Shown piece after piece: positions 1-8,488 of a stretch of DNA of 64,000 bases. The notes below the pieces were generated by a model. It was given only the letters and a program-made list of their open reading frames with translations. It made no database searches and had not been told where the DNA came from. The number at the start of each line of letters is the position of its first letter. Position 1 is the first letter of the stretch. The stretch lies in assembly GCA_035535495.1 (NCBI GenBank), contig DATLQA010000154.1:2354-66353 (forward strand), in the 5' to 3' direction. This DNA is from Actinomycetota bacterium (GTDB taxonomy: Bacteria > Actinomycetota > CALGFH01). The position numbers and the translations under genes are program-made.

Positions 1-1
1 C

Positions 2-325
2 CGTGCGGAGACGCGCAGGGAGCGGTTCGCCGCCTACTTCTCGGGCCCGCTGCACCGCTGGCGGGTCAAGCCGGCGGTGTTCATGCCGAGCCTCCCCCCC
101 GACGCCGACCTCCGCAGCCTGGCCGGGCTGCTGGTCGGCATGGAGGACGGCAATGGCTCCTGCGTCGGCATCGGCTACCTGGAGCTGGCCGAGGACGGCG
201 GCCTGCGCATGATCTCGACGGTGTCGGAGGGCGCCCGCGCGCTCCGGCTCGGCTCCACCCGCATCACCCCTGACTGGTCATCGACCACCCGGGTGGACCT
301 TCGGCACCTGTTCGGGACGGAATGA
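2..325 (+). CDS. Hypothetical protein, C-terminal fragment (the gene starts upstream of the window)
   Basis: The frame is open from nt 2 with no stop until TGA at 323-325. The stop overlaps the next ATG (ATGA). GC3-rich codons. No recognisable family. Confidence 0.4.
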   Translation, partial: RAETRRERFAAYFSGPLHRWRVKPAVFMPSLPPDADLRSLAGLLVGMEDGNGSCVGIGYLELAEDGGLRMISTVSEGARALRLGSTRITPDWSSTTRVDLRHLFGTE

Positions 326-1152
326 GCGGGGCGCCGATGGCGGGCTACGACTTCATCACCTTCCTGTCCGACTACGGGCTGGACGACAACTTCGTGGGCG
401 TCTGCCGCGGCGTCATGGCCGGGATCGCCCCGCATGTCCGGGTGATCGACGTGACCCACGCGGTCGCCGCGCAGGACGTCCGCCAGGGAGCGATGGTGCT
501 GGCCCAGTCGGTGCCGTTCATGCCGCCCGGCGTGCACCTGGCCGTGGTCGACCCGGCGGTCGGCACGCCGCGTGGCGCGGTGGGGATCGAGGCGGGGGCG
601 AGCGTGCTCGTCGGCCCGGACAACGGCCTGCTGGCGTGGGCGGCCGAGGCGCTCGGTGGGGTCAAGCGGGCGCACGTCCTCTCCAACCCTGACTACCAGC
701 TCCCCATGGTCTCGATGACCTTCCACGGCCGCGACGTGTTCGCCCCCGCCGCCGCGCACATGGCAGCCGGGGTCGACCTGGCGGCGTTCGGGCCGGAGTT
801 GGACCCGGAGTCGCTCGAGCGGCTCGCGCCGCCCAGCTCCCGGGTCGACGACGACCACATCCACGGTGAGGTGGTCCTGGTCGACCACTTCGGCAACGTC
901 GCCCTGAACGTCAGCCGGTCCGAGCTCGAGAGCGTCGGCGTGGTGCTCGGCGACCGCGTCCAGGTGCGGATGGGCGGGCAGACGTGGCGGATGTCGTTCG
1001 CCGAGACCTTCGCCTCGGTCCCCACCGGCCGCATGGTTCTCCACGAGGACTCCTTCCGGCTGCTCACCGTCGCGGTCAACCAGGGCAAGGCCGCCGAGCG
1101 GATGGGCGCGCGCACCGGCGACCCGGTGGTGGTCAGCCGGGTGGTGGACTGA
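322..1152 (+). CDS. SAM hydroxide adenosyltransferase family protein (DUF62, the chlorinase/fluorinase-like fold)
   Basis: N-terminal motif 'DFITFLSDYGLDDNFVGVCRGVM' and ~276 aa length are typical of DUF62. ATG at 322 overlaps the upstream stop. Confidence 0.75.
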   Translation: MSGAPMAGYDFITFLSDYGLDDNFVGVCRGVMAGIAPHVRVIDVTHAVAAQDVRQGAMVLAQSVPFMPPGVHLAVVDPAVGTPRGAVGIEAGASVLVGPDNGLLAWAAEALGGVKRAHVLSNPDYQLPMVSMTFHGRDVFAPAAAHMAAGVDLAAFGPELDPESLERLAPPSSRVDDDHIHGEVVLVDHFGNVALNVSRSELESVGVVLGDRVQVRMGGQTWRMSFAETFASVPTGRMVLHEDSFRLLTVAVNQGKAAERMGARTGDPVVVSRVVD

Positions 1153-2204
1153 TGGCCGAGCCCAGCCGCCGCATCCTGGTCACCGGCGCGGCCAGGTCGA
1201 CCGGCCGGAGGGTGGTGGCGGCGCTGGCCGCCGACCCGTCGGTCGCCAGCGTGGTCGCGGTCGACGACGCACCCGCCGCCGAGCCGTTCGGCGCCAAGGT
1301 GGAGTTCCTCCAGGCCGACCTGGGCAGCCCCGCGCTGGTGCGGGTGCTCCGCTCGACCGGGGTGGACACCTGCGTCCACCTCGGGGTCACCGCCGAGCCG
1401 CAGGCCGCCGGGGGGCGCGCCTCCATGAAGGAGCGCAACGTGCTCGGCACCATGCAGCTCCTGGCCGCCGCCTACCACGCCCCCGAGCTGCGTCGCGTGG
1501 TGCTCAAGTCGACCACGGCGGTGTACGGGTCGGCTCCCGGCGACCCGGCGGTGTGGACCGAGTCGATGGAGCCGGGCACGCCGCGGCACGGCTTCGCCAA
1601 GGACGCCATGCAGGTGGAGGACTACGTCCGCTCGTTCGACCGGCGCCGGCCGGACGTGACCGCCATCGTGCTCCGCCTGGCCAACCAGGTCGGCCCGACG
1701 GTCGAGAACCCGCTCACCCGCTACTTCGCCCTGCCCGTCTGCCCGGTGGTGTTCGGCTTCGACCCGCGACTGCAGTTCCTGCACGAAGAAGACGCCGAGG
1801 CCGCCCTGGTCAGGGCGGTGCTCGGGCCGGTGACCCACGGGACCTTCAACATCTCCGGCGACGGCGTCGTCCTGCTCAGCCAGGCCATCCGCATCGCCGG
1901 CAAGCCGCCGCTCCCGATCCCCGAGCCACTGGTGCCGTCCGCCACCGAGCTGCTCCGCCGGACCGTGGACGTCTCCCCTGAGCAGGTCAGCTTCTTGCAA
2001 TTCGGCCGCGTGGCCGACACCACCGCGGCCCGGGTCGAGCTGGGCTTCGCCCCGCGGTGGTCGTCGCTGCAGGCCTTCGAGGACTTCGCCGCCGCGCGCC
2101 TGACCGGCGTGGTCACCGAGGAGCGCGTGGCCCGCGTGGAGCGCGACGTCCTGACCGCGCTGCACCGGGCGGCGGCCTGGTTCTCCAGCGAGGTGAGGAC
2201 ATGA
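1152..2204 (+). CDS. NAD-dependent epimerase/dehydratase family protein
   Basis: Rossmann motif 'ILVTGAARSTGRRV' and an SDR-type extended fold. The stop/start overlap TGATG couples it to the upstream gene. Confidence 0.75.
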   Translation: MAEPSRRILVTGAARSTGRRVVAALAADPSVASVVAVDDAPAAEPFGAKVEFLQADLGSPALVRVLRSTGVDTCVHLGVTAEPQAAGGRASMKERNVLGTMQLLAAAYHAPELRRVVLKSTTAVYGSAPGDPAVWTESMEPGTPRHGFAKDAMQVEDYVRSFDRRRPDVTAIVLRLANQVGPTVENPLTRYFALPVCPVVFGFDPRLQFLHEEDAEAALVRAVLGPVTHGTFNISGDGVVLLSQAIRIAGKPPLPIPEPLVPSATELLRRTVDVSPEQVSFLQFGRVADTTAARVELGFAPRWSSLQAFEDFAAARLTGVVTEERVARVERDVLTALHRAAAWFSSEVRT

Positions 2205-3271
2205 GCACCGAGCGGCCAGCGCCGACGGACCGCGCGGCGGCAGACGGCCACCAGCAGGACGGCGGCGGGCGTTGCCGGGCGCGCACGGTCCGGGGGGAGC
2301 GCTGCCGCAACCCGGCGGGCCCGTCGGGGCTGTGCGCCCGCCACCAGCGCCGCCTGGACGAAGCAGCGGCGGGGGCCGCCACGGACGCCGCCGGCGTGCC
2401 ACACGGCGCCGAGACGCCGGCCGACCCGTTCGAGCCGTTCCTGGACTGGGCCGAGGAGGCGCTGGGGTTCCTGCGCCGCCGCCTCACCGGCGAGTACCGG
2501 GTGGACGAGTTCGGTCACGACCCTGACCTGGTGGAGCACGTGCTCGCGCCGATGCTGCGGCCGCTGTACCGGCACTGGTGGCGGGTTGAGACGCGCGGCC
2601 TCGAGCACGTCCCGGACAAGGGCGCCGCCCTGGTGGTCGGCAACCACGCCGGCACGCTGCCGTTCGACGCCATGATGGTGGCGCTGGCCATCCTGGACGA
2701 GCACCCCGCCAGGAGGACCCTGCGGATGCTCGCCGCCGACATGGCCTTTTCCCTGCCGGTGGTGGCGCACCTCGCCCGCAAGTCGGGCAACACCCTCGCC
2801 TGCCCGGAGGACGCCGAGCGGCTGCTGCGGGCCGGGGAGCTGGTCGGCGTCTGGCCCGAGGGCTACAAGGGGCTCGGCAAGCCGTTCTCGGAGCGCTACC
2901 GCCTGCAGCGCTTCGGCCGCGGCGGCTTCGTCGAGGTGGCGCTCCGCACCGGCGCGCCGATCATCCCGGTCGCGGTGGTCGGCAGCGAGGAGATCTACCC
3001 GATGATCGGCAACCTCCGCCGCCTCGCCCGCCTGCTCGGCGTCCCGTACGTCCCGGTCACCCCCACCTTCCCGCTGCTCGGGCCGCTCGGCATGGTCCCC
3101 CTGCCGAGCCGGTGGGTGATCGAGTTCTGCCCCCCGATCCCGACCGACGGCTACGGCCCGGACGCCCTGCTTGACCCCATGGCCGTCTTCGACCTCACCG
3201 ATCAGGTGCGGGACACCATCCAGCAGACCATCTACCGAAACCTGGCCGACCGCGGCGGCGCCTTCGGGTAG
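2201..3271 (+). CDS. Lysophospholipid (1-acyl-sn-glycerol-3-phosphate) acyltransferase family protein with a Cys-rich N-terminal extension
   Basis: Acyltransferase HX4D-like block 'VVGNHAGTLPFD' and 'VWPEGYKG..' (PlsC family). ATGA overlap with the epimerase gene. N-terminal ~80 aa contains the C-x8-C-x9-C-x2-H element 'RCRARTVRGERCRNPAGPSGLCARH'. Confidence 0.7.
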   Translation: MSTERPAPTDRAAADGHQQDGGGRCRARTVRGERCRNPAGPSGLCARHQRRLDEAAAGAATDAAGVPHGAETPADPFEPFLDWAEEALGFLRRRLTGEYRVDEFGHDPDLVEHVLAPMLRPLYRHWWRVETRGLEHVPDKGAALVVGNHAGTLPFDAMMVALAILDEHPARRTLRMLAADMAFSLPVVAHLARKSGNTLACPEDAERLLRAGELVGVWPEGYKGLGKPFSERYRLQRFGRGGFVEVALRTGAPIIPVAVVGSEEIYPMIGNLRRLARLLGVPYVPVTPTFPLLGPLGMVPLPSRWVIEFCPPIPTDGYGPDALLDPMAVFDLTDQVRDTIQQTIYRNLADRGGAFG

Positions 3272-3278
3272 CCGGCTC

Positions 3279-4667
3279 TCACTCCTGTCCTGGGGGTGAG
3301 AGCAGGGTGGTTCCGGTCGTCGTCGGCGCGGTGGTGGTCGGCTCCTGCGTGGTAGTCGTCTGCTGGCGGGTGGTGGTGGTCTGCCGGCGGGTGGTGGTCG
3401 GCCGGCTGGTGGTCACGGTGGCGCCGGTGGTCACCACGCCGCCGCTGACGTTGGTCGTCGGCGGGACGGTCTGCGCCGGCGCCACCGTGCTCGGGGTTCC
3501 GGCGATGGTGCTCGAGGCGGCCACGGACGGCGGTGGCCCGGTCGGCGTCGGCGCGCCGCCGAGCGCCGCCGGCGGCCCCACATTGGTGGTTGGGGAGGCG
3601 AGGCAGCCGCCAGGGCCGCACCTGGAGGTCGGGCCGGACAGGTTGGCGTACACCACCACGCCGGCGGTCAACGCCACCAGCAGCGCGGCCAGCCCGGCGA
3701 CGAGCTGGATGCGGCGGGTGCCGGCGAGCGCGCGCAGCCGGGTGGCGCGGGCGTGCAGGCCGCCCTTGTGGGCCACGCGCATCGGCAGCGGCGACGGTGG
3801 CTCCGGGCTCTCCTCGCCGGCGTCGGCGGTGAGCTCGTCCCGGACCCGGCGCAGGAAGTCAGGGTCCGGCGGGCCGAGCACGTTCCCGCCGGCGAGACGG
3901 AGGTGGGTCGCGATCGCCATGGCGTTGTCCAGCTGGGTGTCGCCGCCCGCGACCACCTCAGGGCTCCAGGGCTCGCCCAGGCGTCGCTCGAACTCGTCGG
4001 CGCGGTGCCGGTCGTGCTTGGGGTCGAGGTAGTAGAGCTGCTGGGAGGCGGAGTCCTCCGGGGTGATGGCCATCCGCTCGGCGGTCGACGCGGCCGCGGC
4101 GGCCGAGGCCGCGGCAGGGTCGACCCGGTTGCGCCACAGCGTGGAGCAGGCGATGAACTGCAGCGCCTTGGCCACCCTGGGACGGTAGCCGGCGAGGTGC
4201 GCGCTGTGGAGCAGCGAGTGGCCGAGCAGCAGCCGGAACACCACCACCTCGCGCTCCGGGTCGTCGAGCAGGTTGACCGCCTCGGCCGGCTCGGTCGGGT
4301 CGATCTTCGCTGGCCTGGCGTGCGGCCCGTGGGCGACCGCGTCGCGGGCCATGGCGATCAGCCAGGCGCCCAGCTCGCCGTCGCCCTGCTGCATCACCGG
4401 CAGCCAGCGGAACACGTCGCGGAAGACCCGCTCGGTGAGCTGCTCGGCCACTTCCGGGTCGCGCGTCCAGGCGAGCAGGTAGCCGTAGACGTCGTCGATG
4501 TAGCGCTCGAACAGCTCGCCGACTGCCGCCGGGTCGCGCTCGATCGCCCGCTCGACCAGCTTGCGCTGGATGGCGAGGGTGGCGACCGGATCGCCGTTCC
4601 GGCAGGTGCAAGCGGCCGGCGGAGCCTCTAGCTCCCCGGCGGTGGTGGCATGCTGGTCGGCGGTCAT
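3279..4667 (-). CDS. ECF sigma-70-like protein (regions sigma2 and sigma4) fused to a C-terminal transmembrane segment and a Thr/Pro-rich extracytoplasmic tail
   Basis: The N-terminus 'ELFERYIDDVYGYLLAWTRDPEVAEQLTERVFRDVF' is sigma-70 region-2-like. 'EREVVVFRLLLGHSLLHSAHLAGYRPRVAKA' is region-4-like (HTH). One TM helix ('IQLVAGLAALLVALTAGVVVYA'). T/P-rich tail 'TTTRRQTTTTRQQTTTTQEPTTTAPTTTGTT'. Confidence 0.6.
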   Translation of the reverse strand: MTADQHATTAGELEAPPAACTCRNGDPVATLAIQRKLVERAIERDPAAVGELFERYIDDVYGYLLAWTRDPEVAEQLTERVFRDVFRWLPVMQQGDGELGAWLIAMARDAVAHGPHARPAKIDPTEPAEAVNLLDDPEREVVVFRLLLGHSLLHSAHLAGYRPRVAKALQFIACSTLWRNRVDPAAASAAAAASTAERMAITPEDSASQQLYYLDPKHDRHRADEFERRLGEPWSPEVVAGGDTQLDNAMAIATHLRLAGGNVLGPPDPDFLRRVRDELTADAGEESPEPPSPLPMRVAHKGGLHARATRLRALAGTRRIQLVAGLAALLVALTAGVVVYANLSGPTSRCGPGGCLASPTTNVGPPAALGGAPTPTGPPPSVAASSTIAGTPSTVAPAQTVPPTTNVSGGVVTTGATVTTSRPTTTRRQTTTTRQQTTTTQEPTTTAPTTTGTTLLSPPGQE

Positions 4668-4953
4668 CGCCGCAACACCAGGAGCTGCAATCCCGCAGCA
4701 GCGACGATGACCAGGAGCAGCAGCGCGACCATCACGGCGGTCCCTGTGCGCATTTCGTGCTCGCTCGCTTCCGTGCCCATGGGGGACAAGGACAGCGGGG
4801 TATCCTAGCCGGCCCCGCGACGGCGGCGAAAGCCCGCCCGCCCGAACTGGGGACCGCGCCGCCAGTCTCGGTCAACAAGCCGTGCTGCTCAGTACCGCTG
4901 TCGAGGTGTGACTCGGTGATCCTCGCTAGCGAATCTTGCTGAGGCGGGTCGGC

Positions 4954-5793
4954 TCAGGCCTCGGCGCGCTCCGCGCCCGCCGCCAGGTGCTTGCGGGCCG
5001 TCTCCAGGTTGTCGCGGAGCATGTCGATCAGCCCGGCGCGGTCCTCCCACCAGTGCCGGACGTCCAGCTCCAGGGTCACCGCGCCCGCGAAGCGGGTCTG
5101 GCCGAGCCGCTCGAGGAACTCCCGGACGGGCAGGACGCCCTGGTCGAGCGGGGCGTGCGTATCGCGGCCCCTGCCGGCGTTGTTGGAGGCGTGGACGTGC
5201 ACGACCTGCTCGCCGAGCTGCTCCTGGGCCTCGAACAGGTCGATGCCGGCGACCGCCAGGTGGCTGAGGTCGAGCGTGACGTAGGGCCAGCGCTCCAGCT
5301 CGGCAAGCTCGATGCCGCTCTGGAACGGCAGCGGGCGGCCGTTCACCCAGACCGGGAACATGTTCTCCACGGCGATAGCGACCCCGGTGTCCCGCATGGC
5401 CGTGGCAATGCGCGCTTCCAGCCAGCTGGAGTACCGGGCCTGCCAGCGGTAGGGCGGGTGGACGACGATGGTCGACGCCCCGATGGTCTCGGCGAAGCCG
5501 AGGCTGCGCTCGATCTTGCCGCGCGGGTCGGTGCCCCACACCAGCCAGGTGGCGAGCAGGAAGGGCCCGTGGATCGCTGGCACGGGGAGCTGGTAGCGGG
5601 CGGCGAGCGCGGCCAGCCGGTGCGGATCCTGGCTGAGCCGGTCCTGGGTGATCATCAGCTCGACGCCGTCGAAGCCCGCCTCGGCGAGGACCTCGAAGGT
5701 CTCCTCCATGGAGTACATGTAGAACGGACCGGTGGAGGCGAGCACGGGTCGGGGATCGGGCACGAGCGCTCCTCGCAGCGGGGCCGTGCACAT
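4954..5793 (-). CDS. Sugar phosphate isomerase/epimerase (xylose-isomerase-like TIM barrel) family protein
   Basis: ~279 aa with 'GFDGVEL', 'TIVVHPP' and 'VAIAVENM' blocks typical of the AP-endonuclease-2/xylose-isomerase TIM family. Start uncertain: ATG at 5793 or GTG at 5745. Confidence 0.7.
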   Translation of the reverse strand: MCTAPLRGALVPDPRPVLASTGPFYMYSMEETFEVLAEAGFDGVELMITQDRLSQDPHRLAALAARYQLPVPAIHGPFLLATWLVWGTDPRGKIERSLGFAETIGASTIVVHPPYRWQARYSSWLEARIATAMRDTGVAIAVENMFPVWVNGRPLPFQSGIELAELERWPYVTLDLSHLAVAGIDLFEAQEQLGEQVVHVHASNNAGRGRDTHAPLDQGVLPVREFLERLGQTRFAGAVTLELDVRHWWEDRAGLIDMLRDNLETARKHLAAGAERAEA

Positions 5794-5954
5794 CCCGGGG
5801 TCGTGGGCGGTGCGACCCGCGGGACGACGTTTCGTTGACGGTCGGCCGCACGGATGGACGGATCAACGATGGATGGTAACAAGCATGACTGACCACGGGT
5901 GAACGCGCCCGCGACTAGACTCTGCCAGGTCGAGGAATTGCTGGGCTCGGGGGA

Positions 5955-6704
5955 GTGGCCGTGCACTGGGTGCTGCCGGTGGTCGCCGCCGCCGCGGCCG
6001 CCGCGTTCGCCGTGGCCGTGCTGCGGCAGTACGCGCGCCGGCGCCGCCCCTACCAGCTCGCCTGGGGTGTCGCCCTGGCGATGTTCGCGCTCGCCTCGGT
6101 GGCGCTCGCGATCGGCGTCTCGGCCGGCTGGACCCCGCTCCGCTTCAAGGTCTACTACCTGTTCGGCGCCGTCCTGAACGTGCCCTGGCTGGCGCTGGGG
6201 ACCGTGCTGCTGCTGGCTCGCCGGCGCGCCGCCCGGATCGGCTACCTGGCCGTGCTGGTCCTGTTCAGCCTCGCCAGCATGGTGGCGATCGCCGTGGTCG
6301 AGGTCGGCGCGGCCGAGCTCGCCGGCCGGGTGGTGCCCGAAGGCTCCGAGATCCTGCCGGTCGGCGTGCGCGCCCTCGCCGTCGCCGGCAACGTGGTCGG
6401 CACGCTGGTGGTCGTCGGTGGCGCGGTGGCCAGCGGGCTCGCCATCCGCGGCCGGCCCGAGCTCCGTCCGAGGTTCGAGGGGAACCTGCTGATCGCCGCC
6501 GGCGTGCTGCTGGCGGCGGCCGGCGGGGTGTTCGCCTTCCTCAGCGCCAGCGACAAGCTGGCCGCCGGGCTCGCCGTGGGCGCGACCGTGATGTACGCGG
6601 GCTTCCGGCGGGCCTCGGCCCCGGCGGGAACCCCTCGGATGGCGGCCGGCGCGCCCGGCCCTGGCGGAACGCCGCCCCGGCCGCCCCGCCCCCGCCATCC
6701 GTGA
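5955..6704 (+). CDS. Hypothetical polytopic membrane protein
   Basis: Several hydrophobic helices. GTG start. The stop overlaps the GTG of the downstream glutaredoxin-like gene (GTGA). The antisense frame is Arg-rich nonsense. Confidence 0.55.
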   Translation: MAVHWVLPVVAAAAAAAFAVAVLRQYARRRRPYQLAWGVALAMFALASVALAIGVSAGWTPLRFKVYYLFGAVLNVPWLALGTVLLLARRRAARIGYLAVLVLFSLASMVAIAVVEVGAAELAGRVVPEGSEILPVGVRALAVAGNVVGTLVVVGGAVASGLAIRGRPELRPRFEGNLLIAAGVLLAAAGGVFAFLSASDKLAAGLAVGATVMYAGFRRASAPAGTPRMAAGAPGPGGTPPRPPRPRHP

Positions 6705-6955
6705 GCACGACCCTGGTCACCCTCTATACGCGGGCCGGGTGCCATCTCTGCGAGACGGCCGAGGCGGTGCTCAGGGCCGAGCGCGCCGCCTCCCCGTTCC
6801 TCCTCGAGGTGGTGGACGTGGACGCCGATCCGGAGCTGGTCAGGCGGTACGGCGTCCGGGTGCCGGTGGTGGCCGTCGACGGCGTCGAGGAGTTCGAATA
6901 CGAGGTCCCCGCCGACCTGCTTAGGGCCCGTCTTCGCCCGGGCGGCGCTGTTTGA
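6701..6955 (+). CDS. Glutaredoxin-like protein (DUF836/glutaredoxin-2 family)
   Basis: 84 aa with the CxxC motif 'AGCHLCE'. It sits directly upstream of rex and hemA, as M. tuberculosis Rv0508 does. Confidence 0.7.
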   Translation: MSTTLVTLYTRAGCHLCETAEAVLRAERAASPFLLEVVDVDADPELVRRYGVRVPVVAVDGVEEFEYEVPADLLRARLRPGGAV

Positions 6956-6969
6956 GAACATGGTCACAA
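6952..6969. promoter_or_regulatory. Candidate Rex operator (ROP-like inverted repeat) upstream of rex
   Basis: TTGAGAAcatgGTCACAA against the Rex consensus TTGTGAAnnnnTTCACAA (one mismatch per half-site). ~177 bp upstream of the rex start. Confidence 0.35.
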
Positions 6970-7145
6970 GAGCCTAGACTCGACCCGACGAGGAGCACCT
7001 CGCCACCGGTTTCCCCGGAGCCCGGCGACGCTCGGCTCGCTGGGCGCGGCAGGCGGTCGAGTGGGACGGCCCCCCTGCCCGGGGCGTGGGGCAGCCGCGC
7101 GGTAACGTGCGGGCCCCAGGCGACAGAGGGAGAGATCTCAGCATC

Positions 7146-7865
7146 GTGCGTGACCGCAGCATCCCCGAAGCAACCGTCGCCCGGCTCCCGATCTACCTCC
7201 GGTGCCTGATCGAGATCGCGGAGCAGGGCACCCACACCGTCTCCTCCGAACAGCTGGCCGAGGCGGCCGGGGTCAACGCCGCCAAGGTCCGCAAGGACCT
7301 GTCCTACCTCGGCTCCTACGGCACCCGCGGCGTCGGCTACGACGTCGAGTACCTGATCTACCAGGTGCGGCGCGAGCTCGGCCTGGAGCAGGACTGGGCG
7401 GTGGCCATCGTCGGGGTCGGCAACCTCGGCCACGCCCTGGCCAACTACCACGGCTTCGAGGAGCGCGGCTTCCGCATCGTGGCCCTGCTCGACGCCGACC
7501 CTGCCAAGGTCGGCGAGCGGGTCGGCCGGCTCGCCATCGAGCACATCGACGACCTGGACCGGGTGGTCAAGGAGGAGCAGGTGGCCATCGGGGTGATCGC
7601 CACCCCGGCCGCCGCCGCCCAGGAGGTGTGCGAACGGCTGGTCGCGGCCGGGATCGCCTCGATCCTCAACTTCGCCCCCGCCCACCTGCAGGTCCCGGCG
7701 GCCGTCTCCCTGCGCAAGGTCGACCTCTCCACCGAGCTGCAGATCCTGGCCTTCCACGAGCAGCGCCGAGCCGCCGTCGAGATGATCCGCCAGAACGCCC
7801 GCCAGCGGGCGGAGGCCGGCGGGGATGCCACCACGGCGGGTGGAGGGCCGCGGCGCGCGCCATGA
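7146..7865 (+). CDS. rex: Redox-sensing transcriptional repressor Rex
   Basis: 'IPEATVARLPIYLRCL' winged-helix N-terminus plus the NADH-binding Rossmann 'VAIVGVGNLGHALANY'. GTG start chosen to match the Rex N-terminus. The stop overlaps the next ATG. Confidence 0.85.
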   Translation: MRDRSIPEATVARLPIYLRCLIEIAEQGTHTVSSEQLAEAAGVNAAKVRKDLSYLGSYGTRGVGYDVEYLIYQVRRELGLEQDWAVAIVGVGNLGHALANYHGFEERGFRIVALLDADPAKVGERVGRLAIEHIDDLDRVVKEEQVAIGVIATPAAAAQEVCERLVAAGIASILNFAPAHLQVPAAVSLRKVDLSTELQILAFHEQRRAAVEMIRQNARQRAEAGGDATTAGGGPRRAP

Positions 7866-8488
7866 CCGCCCGCTACCCGATCCTCGTCGACGTCGACGGC
7901 CGCTCGGTGGTGGTCGTCGGTGGCGGCCGGGTGGCCGAGCGCAGGGCATGTGAGCTGCTGGGCGCCGGGGGGATCGTGCGCGTGGTCAGCCCCGAGGTCG
8001 GTGCTGGCCTGGCCGACCTGGCCGCCGAGGGCGAGCTGGTCGTCGAGCCCCGACCGTACCGTCGGGGCGACCTGGCGGGGGCGGCGCTGGCGGTGGCCGC
8101 CACAAGCGACCCCGAGGTGAACCGCCGCGTGGTCGAGGACGGCCGCGACGCGGGGGTCCTGGTCAACCGGGCCGACGCGCCCGACGAGGGCGGCTTTTCG
8201 GTGCCCGCGGTGCTGCGCCGCGGCGACCTGACCGTGGCGGTGGCCACCGCCGGGAAGGCGCCTGGGCTTGCCGGGGCGGTGCGCCGCCGGCTGGAGCGCG
8301 ACTTCGGGCCGGAATGGGCCGACCTGGTCGACCTGCTCGCCGCCGACCGGGCCAGCCTGCCAGGCGCGGCGGACGAGGCGGCCTGGCGGGAACTGCTCGC
8401 GCCCGAGGTGCTCGACTCGGTGCGGCGTGGCGAGAAGGCAGCCGTTCGCGAGAGGATCCGGGGATGCCGGTCTTCGTCGTCGGCCTGA
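7862..8488 (+). CDS. Precorrin-2 dehydrogenase / sirohydrochlorin ferrochelatase (siroheme synthase N-terminal-domain-like, SirC-like)
   Basis: 'ILVDVDGRSVVVVGGGRVAERRACELLGAGGIVRVVSPE' matches the CysG N-terminal NAD-binding domain. It lies between rex and hemA. Confidence 0.7.
   Translation: MTARYPILVDVDGRSVVVVGGGRVAERRACELLGAGGIVRVVSPEVGAGLADLAAEGELVVEPRPYRRGDLAGAALAVAATSDPEVNRRVVEDGRDAGVLVNRADAPDEGGFSVPAVLRRGDLTVAVATAGKAPGLAGAVRRRLERDFGPEWADLVDLLAADRASLPGAADEAAWRELLAPEVLDSVRRGEKAAVRERIRGCRSSSSA

Noticed and set aside
693-2402. 569-aa minus-strand ORF (also 175..1044 and 1721..2770) antisense to the DUF62, epimerase and acyltransferase genes
   Set aside because: Arg/Gly/Pro-rich, low-complexity translation typical of antisense frames in 73% GC DNA. 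The plus-strand frames carry recognisable enzyme motifs and coupled starts.
6921-7949. 342-aa minus-strand ORF overlapping rex
   Set aside because: It lies antisense to a well-supported Rex gene, has no family resemblance, and has an Arg/Gly-rich composition.
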